A stretch of DNA of 64,000 nt from an uncultured Verrucomicrobiota bacterium (GTDB lineage: Bacteria; Verrucomicrobiota; Kiritimatiellia; RFP12; UBA1067): positions 17,599-81,598 of the forward strand of contig CAMZDY010000001.1 in NCBI GenBank assembly GCA_947305585.1. The letters run 5' to 3'. Every line of letters starts with the position of its first letter. The first letter of the stretch is position 1. The notes below the pieces were generated by a model, which saw nothing but the letters and a program-made list of their open reading frames with translations, made no database searches and was not told where the DNA came from. A program made the translations under genes and the position numbers. Of this stretch, positions 57,780 through 64,000 are shown in pieces.

Positions 57780-58919
57780 TCAATGCTGCTCCTTGACGGC
57801 CCGCAAACCCACCGAAAAAATCGTCCCTACCGCAAAGAACGCGCTGAGCATGTTGGTGCCGCCATAACTGAAGAACGGCAGCGCCATCCCTTTTGTCGGC
57901 AACGCCCGGCACACCACCCCCAGATTGAACATCGCCTGGAAGAAGATGATGAACGCCATCCCGCAGACGAGATACCGTCCGAACCGGTCCGGCGCGTGTT
58001 CCGCGATATACATCGAAATCAGGAAAAACGCGGTGAAGAGCGTCAACACCCCCACCGAATACAACAGCCCCATCTCCTCCGCGCCGATCGCGAAGATGAA
58101 GTCGGTATGCGCCTCGGGGAGATACGCCTGCTTCTGCATCGACTGCCCGAGCCCCACTCCGGCGATGCCCCCGTTCTTGATCGCCACCAGACTCTGCCTC
58201 GACTGATACTCCGCCCTTTTCGCCGCCGGATCCATCTGCTCTTCCGTCTTTTGTCCGCTCTGCTCCGAAGACGTGGCGATGAACGCCGAGATTCGCGCCA
58301 TGCGGTTGGAGTTGTGCGCCACGTGCCAACCCACCACCGCCACGCCCAGAAGCCCGAACAGAAACAGCTGCCGTAGCCGCACCCCCGCCAGAAACATCAC
58401 CAGAAATCCCGCTGCCGCAATGACCATCGTCGATCCGAAATCGGGCTCTTTCATGACAAGCGCCGCAAGAATGCCGAAGATGATTGCCGACCCCACGCCG
58501 CCCTTCCAGAACAGCTCCACCCGCCAGGCCAGCCGGTCGAGATAGACCGCAGTGCAGATGACCGCCGCCAGTTTCGCCAGTTCGCTCGGCTGCAGATTGA
58601 AGAACGGAAGCTTGATCCACCGGCTAGACCCGTTGATGGGCCGGGTGAAAAGCACCGCCACCAAGAGCGCGCACATGATCGCGTAGAACGCGATTGTCAG
58701 CACCGGATATTTGCGCCAGTTGCGGTAGTCGAATTTTGCCGCCACGAACGCCAGCACCACCCCCAACGCGCAGAACGCGAACTGCCGGGTCAGGAAGTGA
58801 TACTGGTTGTGATGGATGCGCGCGGCGTTCACTCCTCCGGCGGAAGAGAGAACGACAAGGCCTAGAGTCGCCAACAGCGCGACAACTAGGCCCAACCAGA
58901 AAAGCGCGGCCTTGCGCAC
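57780..58919 (-). CDS. FtsW/RodA/SpoVE (SEDS) family peptidoglycan glycosyltransferase
   Basis: Ten-transmembrane SEDS pattern, in a dcw-like context near murD. Confidence 0.8.
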   Translation of the reverse strand: MRKAALFWLGLVVALLATLGLVVLSSAGGVNAARIHHNQYHFLTRQFAFCALGVVLAFVAAKFDYRNWRKYPVLTIAFYAIMCALLVAVLFTRPINGSSRWIKLPFFNLQPSELAKLAAVICTAVYLDRLAWRVELFWKGGVGSAIIFGILAALVMKEPDFGSTMVIAAAGFLVMFLAGVRLRQLFLFGLLGVAVVGWHVAHNSNRMARISAFIATSSEQSGQKTEEQMDPAAKRAEYQSRQSLVAIKNGGIAGVGLGQSMQKQAYLPEAHTDFIFAIGAEEMGLLYSVGVLTLFTAFFLISMYIAEHAPDRFGRYLVCGMAFIIFFQAMFNLGVVCRALPTKGMALPFFSYGGTNMLSAFFAVGTIFSVGLRAVKEQH

Positions 58920-58925
58920 TTTCCG

Positions 58926-59923
58926 TTACTGATTGTCGGCCGGGAGCTTGATCACCTGCCCGACCTTGAGCTGGTCGCCCTCTTCGAGACCGTTCAGCTC
59001 GCGGATCTTGGCTGCCGCCACTCCGTACTGGATGGAAATGCCGGTGATGTCATCGCCGTCCTGCACGGTGTAGTCCATCGTGGCCACCTGGGGAACGGCC
59101 GGAGCTTCCGCCGGAGCCGTCTCTTCCACTACCGGAGCTTCCGCCGGGGCTTCGGCCGCCGGACGTTGAGGCGCGATCGTCAGCTGCACGGGTTCCGCGC
59201 TCTTGGCCGCTTCGGGCTGGGGAGCCGCCTTCGCTTCGGCCTTGGCCACCGCGGCAGGAACCTTCAGCTTCTGGCCCACGCGGATGGTGCTGCCGGAAAT
59301 CCCGTTCAGCGACTTGAGCTGACGGATGTTGATGCCGTGACCGTAAGCCACCTTGCCGAGCGTGTCGCCCTCCTTCACCGTGTACTCTACCGTCTCGCCG
59401 GTGTAGGTGGTGGCCTGCGAGCTCTTGCCCGTAGTCTTTTCCCCGGCCTTCTTGGCGGGAGCCGCCATCGCGGGCTTGGTCTGCTCGCCCACGTTCACCT
59501 TGCCGGGCAGCTTGATGGTGGTGCCCAACAGGAGCTTGTCGCCCTTCAGCTTGGGGTTGGCGTCGCGGATGGCCTGCAACTTGATGTTGTAGCGCTTGGA
59601 AATGCCGCTCAGGGTGTCGCCGCGCTGCACGATGTAAGGCGTCGTTTCCTGCACCGGGGCGGGAGGCGGAGCCACTTTGCACTTGCAATCGGTCGCGCCG
59701 CACTTGCAGGGGGCCTGATGGACCGTACCGGCCGGACACATGCACCGGGGCGCCTCCTCGACCACCACCACGTCTACGGTTTCGGTCTGCTCCGCTTCCG
59801 GAGCCGCCTCCACCTGCTTCACTTCGTCCTGCACTTCGGGACGATAGGGCTTGAGATAATCGGGATCCTTGCACCCGGAAAGCGTAGCGACTGCCGCCAC
59901 GCCCACAACCAACGCGATCTTGT

Positions 59924-59927
<4 letters not shown>
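58926..59927 (-). CDS. Lipoprotein with three LysM domains and a Cys-rich CxC cluster
   Basis: Lipobox LSGC, LysM repeats (YTVKEGDTLGKVA...) and CMCPAGTVHQAPCKCGATDCKCK. Confidence 0.65.
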
Positions 59928-63194
<3,267 letters not shown>

Positions 63195-63419
63195 TCAGTC
63201 TTTCACTAGATTAAAACAATGTTAGTATCTAATATTATATCATATTCCGGCCAAAAAATCAAGCGTTTTCTTGCCGAAATAACTCGCCGGAATCGCCGAT
63301 CTTGCCCCGTTCGCCTGGCCTCAGACCCCATTGTCCAGTTGGCTGGGCGTCAGCCCGGCCCAAGTATCCGCGCGCACTTTCCCAAGCCCAGGCCAGGCTC
63401 AGCGCATCTCAACCGTCAC

Positions 63420-64000
63420 TTAGTCGTCTTTGCGGTCCTGCTGAGCCGCTTCTTGGAGCTTCTGCTCTCGTAGTTCCTCGAACGCCTTTTTCCGTTGCTC
63501 CTCCATCTCAATCATGCGACGCAGTCTGCGGCTTCTGAGCGAATCGCCTTCCGAACGCTTGATGGCGGCGCCCTCGCCGGTCCTTCTGCGCGGAACGTAT
63601 AGACCGCTGCCCGAAGCGCGCTGACGCCACTTTTCCGCCTCCTGATCGTAATAACGAAACAGACGGTTGATCGCTATCGCATCGCCCTTTTCCGCAGCCT
63701 TCCGGTACCACTTGATCGCTTCGATTTCGTCTGGCTCGACCATCGTCCCGACCTCGTAACAAGAACCGAGATTCGTCATCGCGACACCAATCCCCCGGTC
63801 GGCGGCGAAACGCAACAACCTCATGGCTTCCTCCGCAGGAAACTCCTCCTCTTCGATATGCTGTGCACGACTACTCCCCAGGCAGCATGCCCAAATATTG
63901 TTCATCGCGCAAAGGTCCCCCTTGCCCGCAGCCTTCCGGTACCACTTGAACGCTTCCTTGAAGTCCTTTTCCACGCCAAGCCCCTCGCTATAACACACGC
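63420..64000 (-). CDS. Sel1/TPR-like repeat protein; the N-terminus may lie beyond the window end
   Basis: Repeated AxxWYRKAAxxG Sel1 signatures. The ORF reaches the window edge. Confidence 0.55.
   Translation of the reverse strand, partial: VCYSEGLGVEKDFKEAFKWYRKAAGKGDLCAMNNIWACCLGSSRAQHIEEEEFPAEEAMRLLRFAADRGIGVAMTNLGSCYEVGTMVEPDEIEAIKWYRKAAEKGDAIAINRLFRYYDQEAEKWRQRASGSGLYVPRRRTGEGAAIKRSEGDSLRSRRLRRMIEMEEQRKKAFEELREQKLQEAAQQDRKDD

Overview
High-GC (about 60%) Gram-negative-type chromosome segment. PEP-CTERM sorting signals, LptF/G and frequent short or absent leaders suggest a Verrucomicrobia-like host, but that is only a guess.

Positions 1 to about 25640 are the right-hand part of an integrated temperate prophage, almost entirely on the minus strand and in canonical order:
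- tyrosine integrase (24164-25354)
- a Panacea-domain toxin-antitoxin pair
- two lower-GC plus-strand moron genes, each with a duplicated promoter and hairpin
- an immunity region built on ribbon-helix-helix (RHH) regulators and AATGTTTAGACA operators
- small early genes, some Cys-rich
- a replication initiator carrying origin-like iterons, and a DnaB-like helicase
- small and large terminase, scaffold-like protein and major capsid protein
- a 694-aa structural protein and a tail fibre
- a complete diversity-generating retroelement (DGR): target gene with C-terminal variable repeat (VR), template repeat (TR), reverse transcriptase
- an XkdX-like micro-ORF and a putative lysis cassette (holin-like protein and lipoprotein)

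The DGR is the strongest signal. A 132-bp TR/VR pair differs at 14 positions, every one an adenine of the TR coding strand.

Positions 25642-64000 are ordinary housekeeping genes, all on the minus strand: GH35 beta-galactosidase, rsmE, mutS, lptF/G, pyrD, pyrK, galE, carB, a PEP-CTERM protein, a site-2 protease, gltX, an M20 peptidase, lysS, argD, argB, a BASS transporter, ribE, ribD, nusB, a 1271-aa alpha-amylase/GDE fusion, a sugar-phosphate isomerase, holB, tmk fused in-frame to a sugar transferase, xseA, an FtsW/RodA-type protein, a LysM lipoprotein, murD, gyrB and a Sel1-repeat protein.

No rRNA, tRNA or CRISPR array was recognised. Most long plus-strand ORFs in the supplied track are antisense shadow frames of minus-strand genes in GC-rich DNA.
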